DNA of 58,583 nucleotides from positions 1 through 58,583 of the IMG/VR virus record IMGVR_UViG_3300024331_000037, one strand, 5' to 3'. Both the position numbers and the translations under genes were made by a program. Shown here piece by piece: positions 48,504 to 56,747 of this stretch (its first letter is position 1; each line of letters begins with the position of its first letter). This stretch comes from a virus (Duplodnaviria > Caudoviricetes). The notes below the pieces were generated by a model. That model did no database searches. It saw only the letters and a program-made list of their open reading frames with translations, and was not told the DNA's origin.

Positions 48504-49142
48504 ATGACAGTTAAACAGGCCGACGAAGGAATGATAGGAGGCGACGTAAACCAGCCCCTAACAGGAGCACAGGCTAAAGACTTCGTGGAAGCCGGTCTAA
48601 GTTTTATCGGTCGTTACTTGCCTAGAACCGCAGCATCTACAAAAGGATGTTTAACACAACCGGAGATACAGGCTATACTATCGGCGGGGTTGGCAATCCT
48701 TCCAGTTCAGCATGTGATGCCGGACGGATGGCATCCTGACGCATCGCTCGGGGAGATATACGGTCAATTTGCTAGTACGTATGCAGAACAAATTGGAATA
48801 CCAGCCGGAGTAAATATCTTTCTTGACTTAGAAGGGGTAAGTTCAGGAGCGGTATCTTCTGACGTTATAGCGTATGCGAATGAGTGGTATGACCAAGTAA
48901 ATGCCAAAGGTTATATTCCAGGTATCTATTGCGGATGGGCTAACGGTTTAACACCCGGTCAGCTATACTCAGATTTGAAATTCAAAAACTATTGGGCGGC
49001 TTACAACTATACAGACGGAGTGGCAACGCGAGGAGTGCAAATTCAGCAGCACACCCAGAAAGAATTAAACGGGATATTTTACGATCCTGACACGGTTAAA
49101 AAAGATTTGTTGGGAGATTTGCCTTTTTTTCTATTCCCATAA
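48504..49142 (+). CDS. Endolysin candidate, DUF1906/GH25-like glycoside hydrolase
   Basis: G.SFIGRYL...K..LT..E...I.SAGL.I.PVQ, IFLDLE, GYIPGIY. Confidence 0.8.
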   Translation: MTVKQADEGMIGGDVNQPLTGAQAKDFVEAGLSFIGRYLPRTAASTKGCLTQPEIQAILSAGLAILPVQHVMPDGWHPDASLGEIYGQFASTYAEQIGIPAGVNIFLDLEGVSSGAVSSDVIAYANEWYDQVNAKGYIPGIYCGWANGLTPGQLYSDLKFKNYWAAYNYTDGVATRGVQIQQHTQKELNGIFYDPDTVKKDLLGDLPFFLFP

Positions 49143-49177
49143 CTAGCTTCATTTTTAAGTGTTTATGGTGATTTGAT

Positions 49178-49206
49178 AGGGCCTTCAGGGATGAGCGGCC
49201 CTTTTG
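49178..49206 (+). terminator. Intrinsic terminator ending late operon
   Basis: AGGGCC..GGCCCT followed by TTTG. Confidence 0.7.
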
Positions 49207-49257
49207 CTTTGAAAAAAAGATTTGGAGTTTACGTGTACGTGTACTACTTTAGTATCC

Positions 49258-49458
49258 ATGAAAGCAATTAAGGCAAAACCGGCTGATAAACCGAGGATTC
49301 TTAAAACATGGAGGATAAAGCCTGCAATAGCCAAGAGGGTTAAGACATTAGCAGCTATTCAGAAAAAATCGGAATCGGAATTGCTCGAAATGGCAGTAGA
49401 GGCTTTGGATTTGTGGCTTGAAACTCATCCACACGTTGGGAACATGGCAAGGAGCTAA
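49258..49458 (+). CDS. Ribbon-helix-helix (CopG-like) regulator
   Basis: LKTWRI...IAKRVK.LA..QKKSESELLEMAV; ATG at 49258. Confidence 0.65.
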   Translation: MKAIKAKPADKPRILKTWRIKPAIAKRVKTLAAIQKKSESELLEMAVEALDLWLETHPHVGNMARS

Positions 49459-49484
49459 AGAGTATATTAATAAACTGAAAAATA

Positions 49485-50060
49485 ATGGCAAAGGCTAATT
49501 TTGTAAAAGCAGCCCAGAAGGATATTTACACAAATGGGAAGTACGTAAAGTACGAAAGCAAAAAAGGTAAACGCGCTGGGCAAGAATTGACCAAATTGGA
49601 TAGAACTGTCCCAAAGGATAAATCCGATACTATTTTTATTGCTAAGGGGGAATCTTATTGGTGGTGGCAGTTTAAGAATGGCGGCAAACATTTCAGCAAA
49701 ATACGGCCTAAGAATAGCCAGCTTACACAAAGCAACTATCTATCCCAATTGTACGCTATTCAGGAATCAATGGATGAGTCGCAGGCTGAAACTGACGAAG
49801 ATTTGCAGGCATTTGTAGAGGACATTAAAGAGCAGTTGGAATCTTTGAAAGAGGAAACCGAAGGTTCTTTAGAGAATATGCCTGAAAGCCTTCAGCAAGG
49901 TCCGACTGGGGAATTATTGCAGGAACGAATTGACGCACTAGATAACGCCATTAACGAATTGGAGAATATTGACCTTGATTTCGATTCGGAAGGCGATCAG
50001 ACTTTGGACGAATGGATTCAGGACAAGGTGGAAGAAATCCAATGCATCTCTTTTGAATAG
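49485..50060 (+). CDS. Hypothetical protein, basic N-terminus and acidic coiled coil
   Basis: KGESYWWWQF..GGKHFSK.RP..SQLT.S; ENMPESLQQGPTG. Confidence 0.75.
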   Translation: MAKANFVKAAQKDIYTNGKYVKYESKKGKRAGQELTKLDRTVPKDKSDTIFIAKGESYWWWQFKNGGKHFSKIRPKNSQLTQSNYLSQLYAIQESMDESQAETDEDLQAFVEDIKEQLESLKEETEGSLENMPESLQQGPTGELLQERIDALDNAINELENIDLDFDSEGDQTLDEWIQDKVEEIQCISFE

Positions 50061-50114
50061 CCCGTTTTTGATCTACGCCCTATCCTTTTTTTAACCGCTA
50101 AAATCCATTCCGCC

Positions 50115-50624
50115 ATGCCACATCATTTTTGGCTTAATGCCTTGGTCGTAGTAATTGTATGCACTATTGGAATTGTTGCCTTATTCCGCTACTCTAAATC
50201 AAATGATCCTGACGAAGAAGAGAAAGAGCGAAAGAACAAGGGTAAAGTTATCAGCTACGTTGACAATTTTGGACGCCTACACTACGAAGACGAAAAAACA
50301 GAAAGAATGATTCGGTGAAAGATTTACTAATTGGTACGGCCTTGTGCTACTTACCTTTTATAGTTCTTATAGGTATGGGAAGTTTGTGGAACAATCGAAA
50401 GGAAAATAAATGAAGCGGTTGCTATTATCATTCGGTATTCTGTTTCTCCTATTGGTATCGGTTATTGGTTGGGGTAATAGTGGGGAAAGATAATGGGATC
50501 AAAGCGAACGCGGAATAAAAAACCACCACCAGAAGCGAAACCGACCAAAGAATTACCTCAATGGGTACACATCACCTATACCGTTATCCTGGTTATACTG
50601 ATGTTCTACATTCTTTTTAATTAA
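50115..50624 (+). CDS. Four coupled single-TM mini-proteins (50115-50318, 50315-50413, 50410-50493, 50493-50624)
   Basis: Each has one hydrophobic helix; GTGA, ATGA and TAATG stop/start overlaps. Confidence 0.6.
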
Positions 50625-50670
50625 AGTTTGTTTTTTTCATATGGTTTCATAAGCAAGCAGTTTTTGTAAA

Positions 50671-50709
50671 GCCGGGCAGCTAATCCTAGCGTACATCCCG
50701 GCACTTTTT
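50671..50709 (+). terminator. Terminator-like hairpin
   Basis: GCCGGG...CCCGGC-ACTTTTT. Confidence 0.65.
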
Positions 50710-50810
50710 AAAATTAAGGCTCTTTTCTATATAAACTAGTTTGGTCGGAGCATCAAACCCCGGTCGTGTGCCGGGAAAGGACACAGTTCTAATAGGATAA
50801 GGTTTAATTA

Positions 50811-50845
50811 AGGGCGGTCTATTCTTAGTGCCGCCCTCTATTTTG
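50811..50845 (+). terminator. Terminator-like hairpin
   Basis: AGGGCGG...CCGCCCT-CTATTTTG. Confidence 0.65.
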
Positions 50846-50865
50846 TGTACAAAAAAATAAAATAT

Positions 50866-51171
50866 ATGAGAAAGTTCATAAAAAAGCCGGTAGTAATTGA
50901 GGCTGTTCAGTTTAATGGCCATAATCGGGATGAAGTGGAACAGTTTGTTGGGAAGGTATTGCGAATGGAACTTGAATCGGAGACCGCTTATATTGCCGGG
51001 ATAGCTCCGCCAATTTTCAGTTTAGCAATAAAAACAAAGGAGGGAGTTATGAAAGCTTTTTCAGGAGATTGGGTTATAAAAGAGCCGTTCCCGACAGGGA
51101 ATAGAGATTTTTACCCCTGCAAGCCCGACATCTTCGCCAAAACATACGAAGCCGTTACCGAAGAAGATTAA
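50866..51171 (+). CDS. Conserved phage protein (KKPVVIEA...YPCKPDIF type)
   Basis: KKPVVIEAVQF, IKT.EG.M.A..GDWVI, YPCKPDIFAKTYE. Confidence 0.8.
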   Translation: MRKFIKKPVVIEAVQFNGHNRDEVEQFVGKVLRMELESETAYIAGIAPPIFSLAIKTKEGVMKAFSGDWVIKEPFPTGNRDFYPCKPDIFAKTYEAVTEED

Positions 51172-51289
51172 TCACAGAAAAGCGAGGGGTATTCTTATCG
51201 CCTCGCTCTATGTTTCTCACTAATTTTATTTATCCAGAGAAGCATTTAGAGGGGCTGGGGAGGAAGAAAAAACAATCAAAAAAGGTTAT

Positions 51290-51556
51290 ATGAAAATAGT
51301 CGAAGTAGATGATAATGGCTTTGGCTTCATTCCAGAAGGCCCATTAAAGGAAGGCATATACGCCTTTGCCTCTATGGATGAGTTAATAGAGGCTTGGAGT
51401 AATGGGTATATGGCGGCCCTCGACAAATGTGAAGTTAAGCGCAGCGCCGCCGATGGAAAGCTAATTGCCGATAAATTCAAAGAATACTTAATATCTAAAG
51501 GTATATGCCAATCTACAGTATCAGAGTGCATCTTCCCCATCCCGACTATCCTTTAA
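51290..51556 (+). CDS. Hypothetical protein
   Basis: ORF with A-rich leader. Confidence 0.6.
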   Translation: MKIVEVDDNGFGFIPEGPLKEGIYAFASMDELIEAWSNGYMAALDKCEVKRSAADGKLIADKFKEYLISKGICQSTVSECIFPIPTIL

Positions 51557-51744
51557 TGACGGCCTACGACATTGAAGCGCCAAATCGGGATGACGCCCAG
51601 AAGTTAGCCCGCGAGAAGTTCGCTGGTATCTATGGCTGTGAAGAAAAGAAACTTAAAACCTATGTGCTTTACAATGCCGTCCGTCAAGCCGAAGACCTTC
51701 AATACTACCGAGATCACGGCCTGCCGGACGAAATACCTTCGTAA
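51505..51744 (+). CDS. Hypothetical protein
   Basis: YDIEA.NRDDA..LA pattern; start may be 51556. Confidence 0.6.
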   Translation: MPIYSIRVHLPHPDYPLMTAYDIEAPNRDDAQKLAREKFAGIYGCEEKKLKTYVLYNAVRQAEDLQYYRDHGLPDEIPS

Positions 51745-51782
51745 CCCCATTGAGGGATCAAAACCAATTAAAATAAAGAGAT

Positions 51783-52082
51783 ATGAGCGATAAGAAAGAG
51801 ATAATTCTTTGCGCGGCTATTTGGTACGGCGGCCCCGAGGAATTGACGCATGGCCCGTACGGGGTCGCAGATGGAGTTGTCTTATGCGGCTTCCGGCATT
51901 GCCAGATCATTGAATTGTATCATGCCCTGACAGGGAAGGAAACCAAAGATTTCGGGGTGTGTCAAGGCTTCCTGACGTCCGACAACTGTTTTGTCACGCG
52001 CCAGCGGGCCGCGCAGATCGCCTTCGACGCCGGTCAAATCAAGGAAAAGAAACATCAATTATTCAGCGAAGACTTATACTAA
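51783..52082 (+). CDS. Conserved phage hypothetical protein
   Basis: ILCAAIWY...G.RH...QGFLTSDN.FVTR..A..IA..AGQ...LFSEDLY. Confidence 0.8.
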   Translation: MSDKKEIILCAAIWYGGPEELTHGPYGVADGVVLCGFRHCQIIELYHALTGKETKDFGVCQGFLTSDNCFVTRQRAAQIAFDAGQIKEKKHQLFSEDLY

Positions 52083-52102
52083 CTAATTAAATCACAACCT
52101 AT

Positions 52103-52405
52103 ATGAGCGAAGAAAAAAACAGTATGACCTTTCAAGAATTGAAAGACTACATCCTTTCGAAGATGACCATTGAGCAGGCATTCGACAGATTACTTGAGAG
52201 CGGATTGGTTCATTACCAAAAGTTGAAGTTTGAGAACGGCGAAGAACTGCATCCGCTATTGGTTATGTCAATGGCTGCAATGGAAATGGGCTGGAATTTC
52301 GTGATCGAGAACCGCGAAGGCAAAGATGAAGTGCGCGGTCTGATTACCGGCACACAAGAGTATATCGATGACCTTTATAAAGAACTGAAAAATAAACCTA
52401 TATGA
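52103..52405 (+). CDS. Hypothetical protein
   Basis: ORF with AT-rich leader. Confidence 0.65.
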   Translation: MSEEKNSMTFQELKDYILSKMTIEQAFDRLLESGLVHYQKLKFENGEELHPLLVMSMAAMEMGWNFVIENREGKDEVRGLITGTQEYIDDLYKELKNKPI

Positions 52406-52974
52406 GCGAACAGAGTTTTGAATGGACGGATGAACTGGTGAGCGAATTTATACACTTTGCAATAGCTCCGGGGTCCCGATCAGACGTATTCAAGCACATC
52501 AAAGATTTCAAGGAAACGATCGCCTCCCGCTCCCCGCAGTCTAGGGAATGGGAGATCGTGGAGCTAAAGCATCGTGGGTGCATTCATAAGCTGATGGAGT
52601 GGCAAAAATATAGGTGCTATACTCAACCAACATTCGAGGGTCCGGGACAGCAAATTTCCTTATCGTGGGCATTGGAACCTAAAAACGAGTGTAACATCCA
52701 CGCCGTCAAGCGTCTATCCGATGGAGAAGTATTCAGGGTGGGGGATGAGGTAACCGCGCTTCTCAATGGTTGTCCCCGGTTTGTGTTTACAATTGAGAAA
52801 TTCGAGATTCGAGGCAAAGAAATGAGAATAGACGGTCAGCAAGTGTCGAAAGAATTTGTCAATTGGACGCTCAAATCAATACAAAAGGCCGCCAAACCAG
52901 ACCCTCCCAAAGTCCCTTTATTTCTATATCCTTCTGAAATTGAAAAGGTAAAGAACTGGATAAAAACGTTATAA
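52402..52974 (+). CDS. Hypothetical protein
   Basis: FEWTDELVSEF, IHAVKRLSDGEVF.VGD. Confidence 0.7.
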   Translation: MSEQSFEWTDELVSEFIHFAIAPGSRSDVFKHIKDFKETIASRSPQSREWEIVELKHRGCIHKLMEWQKYRCYTQPTFEGPGQQISLSWALEPKNECNIHAVKRLSDGEVFRVGDEVTALLNGCPRFVFTIEKFEIRGKEMRIDGQQVSKEFVNWTLKSIQKAAKPDPPKVPLFLYPSEIEKVKNWIKTL

Positions 52975-52977
52975 ATT

Positions 52978-53163
52978 ATGCAAAAAGAGGTTAATTTCTC
53001 GTGGGTTATGAGGATAATTTACTCTTCAACCAACAGTTTCCATGTCGAGTGCTGTAGAATACTCTGTGATCGTTTTAAAGCCCTATACGACGATGATGAA
53101 TTGCACCAGCAACTAATCTCCGCCATGCACAACCAAGAAGCTAAATGGTCTGTAACAGTCTAA
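52978..53163 (+). CDS. Hypothetical protein
   Basis: 61-aa coupled ORF. Confidence 0.55.
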   Translation: MQKEVNFSWVMRIIYSSTNSFHVECCRILCDRFKALYDDDELHQQLISAMHNQEAKWSVTV

Positions 53164-53200
53164 TAGGGACTAACCCCGATTTCAATCAATAGGTCACACA

Positions 53201-53231
53201 ACAAAATGGCCCCGACAATCTCGCCGGGGCC
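53201..53231 (-). terminator. Terminator between convergent gene blocks
   Basis: GGCCCCG..CGGGGCC followed by ATTTTG on the minus strand. Confidence 0.7.
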
Positions 53232-53254
53232 TCATCATTCAACCATAAACCGTC

Positions 53255-53500
53255 CTATTGTGGGTAAATGCGCTTAATTAAGTCAATGGTATCTTGTGGT
53301 ATAACGCGGAGAATGGATCGGGGCGCATCCTGGTAATGCTCCAATACTGTCATAGCTATTTCTTTTATTGGTCTCTTATTCTCAATAGCTACCTGAATGG
53401 ATAAGCCGATGAAGGAGGTACGGTCTATTGCTGAAAGCTTGTTGTGCAACTTTAGCGCCTCAAAGCATTCTCCGAAGTTTACAGGGGTTGGTTGTCTCAT
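53255..53500 (-). CDS. Hypothetical protein
   Basis: Coupled to upstream minus-strand ORF. Confidence 0.6.
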   Translation of the reverse strand: MRQPTPVNFGECFEALKLHNKLSAIDRTSFIGLSIQVAIENKRPIKEIAMTVLEHYQDAPRSILRVIPQDTIDLIKRIYPQ

Positions 53501-53700
53501 TGGATTGAATTGTGTTTTTCAAGGGTTTCAGAAACTATTTCACGGACTGATCGCTTGAAGTAATCCGGTGTTACATCATGGCCTAATAGGTTAAGCAATT
53601 GGATATAGCCGTCTAATAGTGCTTTCCTTTGATTGGTTGTAGTTTCCAGCAACGCCACGGTATCTTTAAACGAAATCGGCTCTTTGATATTCTTTTCCAT
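53497..53700 (-). CDS. Hypothetical protein
   Basis: Helical 67-aa ORF with AT-rich leader. Confidence 0.6.
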   Translation of the reverse strand: MEKNIKEPISFKDTVALLETTTNQRKALLDGYIQLLNLLGHDVTPDYFKRSVREIVSETLEKHNSIQ

Positions 53701-53751
53701 AAAATATAAAATAAAAAGACTTTTAATTAATAAACTGGTTATAAAATATGG

Positions 53752-53940
53752 TTATGGTTTTTTCTTCGATGGGAGTATTTGCCCGCAATGGCATACCCAA
53801 ATACCCTTTCTATCTTGCCGGTAAGTATGTGGGGCGCAATCTTTGGCTTTTTTCTCTTTCTTTGCCTTCGGCTTTGTGCCCATTAATGCTTCGGCTACAG
53901 CAGCCGCGCCGGTTATCTCTAATAATGATTTTTGTTTCAT
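53752..53940 (-). CDS. Small zinc-ribbon protein
   Basis: C..H...WVCHCG. Confidence 0.6.
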   Translation of the reverse strand: MKQKSLLEITGAAAVAEALMGTKPKAKKEKKAKDCAPHTYRQDRKGIWVCHCGQILPSKKKP

Positions 53941-53973
53941 AACTAATTTTGTATTTTGAATTAAAAGGAAGGG

Positions 53974-54165
53974 TTAAGCGTAATTAGGTTTAGACATGAC
54001 TTTATACTTGCCTTTATTCTTTTCGTCAGGCCGGATAAAGTGGAAGTCAACATTGTTTTCATTCCACCATTTACATATTTTCTTAGCCTCCCGCTTTGTC
54101 AAATTGCCTTGAACTAATGTTGGCTCAACTTCATCGTATTGATTGGTTTGTTGTATCTGGTTCAT
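53974..54165 (-). CDS. Hypothetical protein
   Basis: First gene after the minus-strand promoter at 54211. Confidence 0.65.
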   Translation of the reverse strand: MNQIQQTNQYDEVEPTLVQGNLTKREAKKICKWWNENNVDFHFIRPDEKNKGKYKVMSKPNYA

Positions 54166-54206
54166 AGCTGTTAAGTGTTTTTAAAGTGTTAGTGTTTCGC
54201 TCTGTC

Positions 54207-54260
54207 AATACAAATATACTACGCATTTTTAGACAATCCAAATAAATTACGAATTATTTA
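54207..54260 (-). promoter_or_regulatory. Promoter/operator repeat copy 1
   Basis: TTTG (54242-54239) N20 TATATTTG (54218-54211); ACG boxes at 54221 and 54249. Confidence 0.75.
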
Positions 54261-54295
54261 AGGTGGGAATACGAAAATCATGGTTTATGGGTAGA

Positions 54296-54502
54296 TTAGC
54301 TATTGGCTGGTCTGCCTACAGGTCTGCGCGGAGGCACGTTTGTTCGATCAACCATAAATCTACGTTTCCGAGAATTGCCGGGCAATGGCATTTTGGGAAT
54401 TTGCCCTTTATTCATCCATGTAGTAATAGTGGACAGCGGAATCTTTAATTCCGCAGCCAATCCGGCTGGCGTAATCCATTTATCGTCTATCTGATCGCTC
54501 AT
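54296..54502 (-). CDS. Excisionase/MerR-like HTH regulator with AT-hook-like tail
   Basis: WITPAGLAAELKIPLSTITTWMNKGQIP; RPVGRP; ATG 6 nt after promoter. Confidence 0.75.
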   Translation of the reverse strand: MSDQIDDKWITPAGLAAELKIPLSTITTWMNKGQIPKMPLPGNSRKRRFMVDRTNVPPRRPVGRPANS

Positions 54503-54504
54503 TG

Positions 54505-54557
54505 AATACAAATATATAACGAATAATTTGTCAAACAAAATAAATTACGTATTATTG
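54505..54557 (-). promoter_or_regulatory. Promoter/operator repeat copy 2
   Basis: TTTG N19 TATATTTG (54516-54509); ACG boxes at 54519 and 54547. Confidence 0.75.
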
Positions 54558-54599
54558 AGATGCCGTGACCAATTCAGGCCGGTAATAAAAATAGTTTTT

Positions 54600-54914
54600 A
54601 TGCAAAGCAAGGTTTTAATTGACATTAATCAGCATCGCCAGGAGCATGTATTTATTAGATTTATTCCCACAGAGGATCCAAGAGATAAATTAGTCGGACT
54701 ATTTCTTCAAACAGCGTGTCCGGCTGGATTACCAGCAAACAATATTTTAGATGGGTTTTGTAGAATTTCTTTGTTAGAGCAACACCCGGACGGCGGGCTG
54801 TCTGCCGAAATTATACCTATTCATCCGCTTGAAATGCCTAACTATATATCAATGATTAAAGAAAATGCGGATAAGTTTAAAACGCCAAAGAAGAGCATCT
54901 TACCGAAAAAATAA
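54600..54914 (+). CDS. Hypothetical protein
   Basis: Start MQSKVLIDI; ends at a terminator. Confidence 0.65.
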   Translation: MQSKVLIDINQHRQEHVFIRFIPTEDPRDKLVGLFLQTACPAGLPANNILDGFCRISLLEQHPDGGLSAEIIPIHPLEMPNYISMIKENADKFKTPKKSILPKK

Positions 54915-54920
54915 TCATTA

Positions 54921-54951
54921 TAAGAGCCTGCTCAACACAGGCTCTTACTTT
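54921..54951. terminator. Terminator between convergent genes
   Basis: TAAGAGCCTG-CTCAACA-CAGGCTCTTA perfect 10-bp stem. Confidence 0.8.
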
Positions 54952-55142
54952 TAGTTATTCTCCTTTTGGCGCTCTAATTGGTATCGTTCTTTCATGGCCT
55001 CATTTCCTACGCCTATTCTTACAAGCCCTTCATGTGAGCATCCTTCGTCCCGATTAGCTTTGTAAGATGACCACATTAAATAATCCATAATTTGCGGAAT
55101 AGACAGATTGCCGTGATTGGTTGGAAGAGTGTTGTCTTGCAT
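54951..55142 (-). CDS. Hypothetical protein
   Basis: Start MQDNTLP. Confidence 0.55.
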   Translation of the reverse strand: MQDNTLPTNHGNLSIPQIMDYLMWSSYKANRDEGCSHEGLVRIGVGNEAMKERYQLERQKENN

Positions 55143-55149
55143 GGTTTGT

Positions 55150-55416
55150 TTATTTAAGCTCTTTAAAATCCTTAATAGCGTTTCTGATAAAATGGCTGGC
55201 TGTGTGCATAGATGGCTTATCCCAGGTCTCAAAAAATTGCTCGATGGTTGGCGGCTGTTCTACTCTAACGTGTATTTTCCAAGTATGCCTATCCCCCCAT
55301 GTTTGCTGTGTTTTGCCGACATATATCCATTTCACAAAGCTACCATCATTAAAGGAAATGACCGCTCCGGATACTGTTCGTTTGCTCATTGGATAGGATT
55401 TAATACCGTACATCAA
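55150..55416 (-). CDS. Hypothetical protein
   Basis: Fills minus-strand operon. Confidence 0.55.
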   Translation of the reverse strand: MMYGIKSYPMSKRTVSGAVISFNDGSFVKWIYVGKTQQTWGDRHTWKIHVRVEQPPTIEQFFETWDKPSMHTASHFIRNAIKDFKELK

Positions 55417-55618
55417 TTACTTTTGCTTTAAATTTGACAGTCCCATCAATTGTGATCGTGTCTCCTATTTTGTAAAGGGAATCATTGTCATAGTGTAGGT
55501 AGCTCGGATGAAAATAATCGGTTTGATCAACGCATCTTACGATGTAAGAATATTTTGGGAACATGCCACAAGAAGCGAAGAAGAGGGCGATAGCGGCGAC
55601 GAGGATAATCTTTTTCAT
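55400..55618 (-). CDS. Small lipoprotein
   Basis: MKKIILVAAIALFFAS|C lipobox. Confidence 0.75.
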   Translation of the reverse strand: MKKIILVAAIALFFASCGMFPKYSYIVRCVDQTDYFHPSYLHYDNDSLYKIGDTITIDGTVKFKAKVIDVRY

Positions 55619-55634
55619 TGTGCTTTGATTTATT

Positions 55635-55688
55635 AATACAAATATACTACGAATTATCACACATTCCAAACAAATGACGAATTATTTA
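55635..55688 (-). promoter_or_regulatory. Promoter/operator repeat copy 3
   Basis: TTTG N20 TATATTTG (55646-55639); ACGAATTAT at 55649 and 55677. Confidence 0.75.
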
Positions 55689-55780
55689 TGAAATATACCC
55701 AAACACCTTACTTACATCCACATCATAGACACTCTCCATTCTAAATAAGAGTAATCATAACCAATAAAGAGAATAAACCA

Positions 55781-55969
55781 ATGACAAAAGAACAAAGAGA
55801 CAAAGCGATGAGTGAGGACGAATTCCTGCAATGGTTGAGACAAGAGGTTTTGGATTGCGTTGGAAAAGACTTAGGACAAATGGACTATTACACCGGCCGA
55901 AGCTCATCCGCCCAAATGATCCTACAGACCTATATATCAATGAAATACCCCCTCCTGCCATCCTCCTGA
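55781..55969 (+). CDS. Hypothetical protein
   Basis: A-rich leader; 62 aa. Confidence 0.6.
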   Translation: MTKEQRDKAMSEDEFLQWLRQEVLDCVGKDLGQMDYYTGRSSSAQMILQTYISMKYPLLPSS

Positions 55970-55995
55970 CAACACTGTTAAATAACAATATAAAT

Positions 55996-56205
55996 ATGCT
56001 ACACGAAAACATTCCGATAGAGCGCTGCGAAGGTGTCACGCTTTACGGGAAACAGATTGACACCAAAGGCAGATTAGGCCAATTCACCGTTTACAGCGAC
56101 AAACACGGCATTTCAGGCCCGTATACGCTCTACAAAGACGCCGAGAACAGATTCAAGGCATTATCCAAGCCGGTGAGATCAAGCGAACAGCAGAATAAAA
56201 ACTAA
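55996..56205 (+). CDS. Hypothetical protein
   Basis: Start MLHENIP after AT-rich leader. Confidence 0.55.
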   Translation: MLHENIPIERCEGVTLYGKQIDTKGRLGQFTVYSDKHGISGPYTLYKDAENRFKALSKPVRSSEQQNKN

Positions 56206-56262
56206 ATCGTTTTAGCAGCCCATTCTAGCCTCCGAAACCCAAAAGCAATACCAATCCATCCA

Positions 56263-56493
56263 ATGAGACAATTTAACATGAATAACGAAACAGACGATAA
56301 GCCAATTGAATTACCTGACTTACCAGGGGTATACATCCACAAGGATATGATCCCTAAGTTAGAAGCAATCGCCAAAGAGCACAACCAGGCGATATTTAAC
56401 GCCATGTTCGACCCAAACCGAAAGTTCCCGGAAGATGACATTCAACGCATTATCCATCCAGATCAGTTGCCCAAACCCATTGAAAAGCCTTGA
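56263..56493 (+). CDS. Hypothetical protein
   Basis: 76-aa ORF. Confidence 0.55.
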   Translation: MRQFNMNNETDDKPIELPDLPGVYIHKDMIPKLEAIAKEHNQAIFNAMFDPNRKFPEDDIQRIIHPDQLPKPIEKP

Positions 56494-56630
56494 GGGTTAA
56501 AACGATCTGGTGAAAGGTTTTGGAAAGGGATTTCGACGTACCCAGTTTGGCATTTTTCGAAGCCCAATGCCGCGCCGAACCCTATAAAAGGGGCGTACGC
56601 CTGAGAGGATGACCGTACGGATTTTTTTAC

Positions 56631-56747
56631 TATATTTGAAGTGTTAAGTATGGCCCGGTACGTAATTAGGCGACGAACCGGATCAAATTTGAATCATTAT
56701 GGGTTGCCCGGAATGGCCTAATCATTTCGAGCGCCCATTTTTATTTT
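56631..56747 (+). ncRNA. Promoter plus two-hairpin kissing-loop leader RNA
   Basis: TATATTTG 56631-56638; stems 56655-56681 and 56699-56738; loop sequences ATTAGGC and GCCTAAT are complementary. Confidence 0.6.

Noticed and set aside
54207-55688. CRISPR-like repeats
   Set aside because: Three degenerate copies separated by genes; explained as promoters
56590-56620. Hammerhead ribozyme (CTGAGAG between CGTACG palindromes)
   Set aside because: Does not fit the CUGANGA...GAAA core
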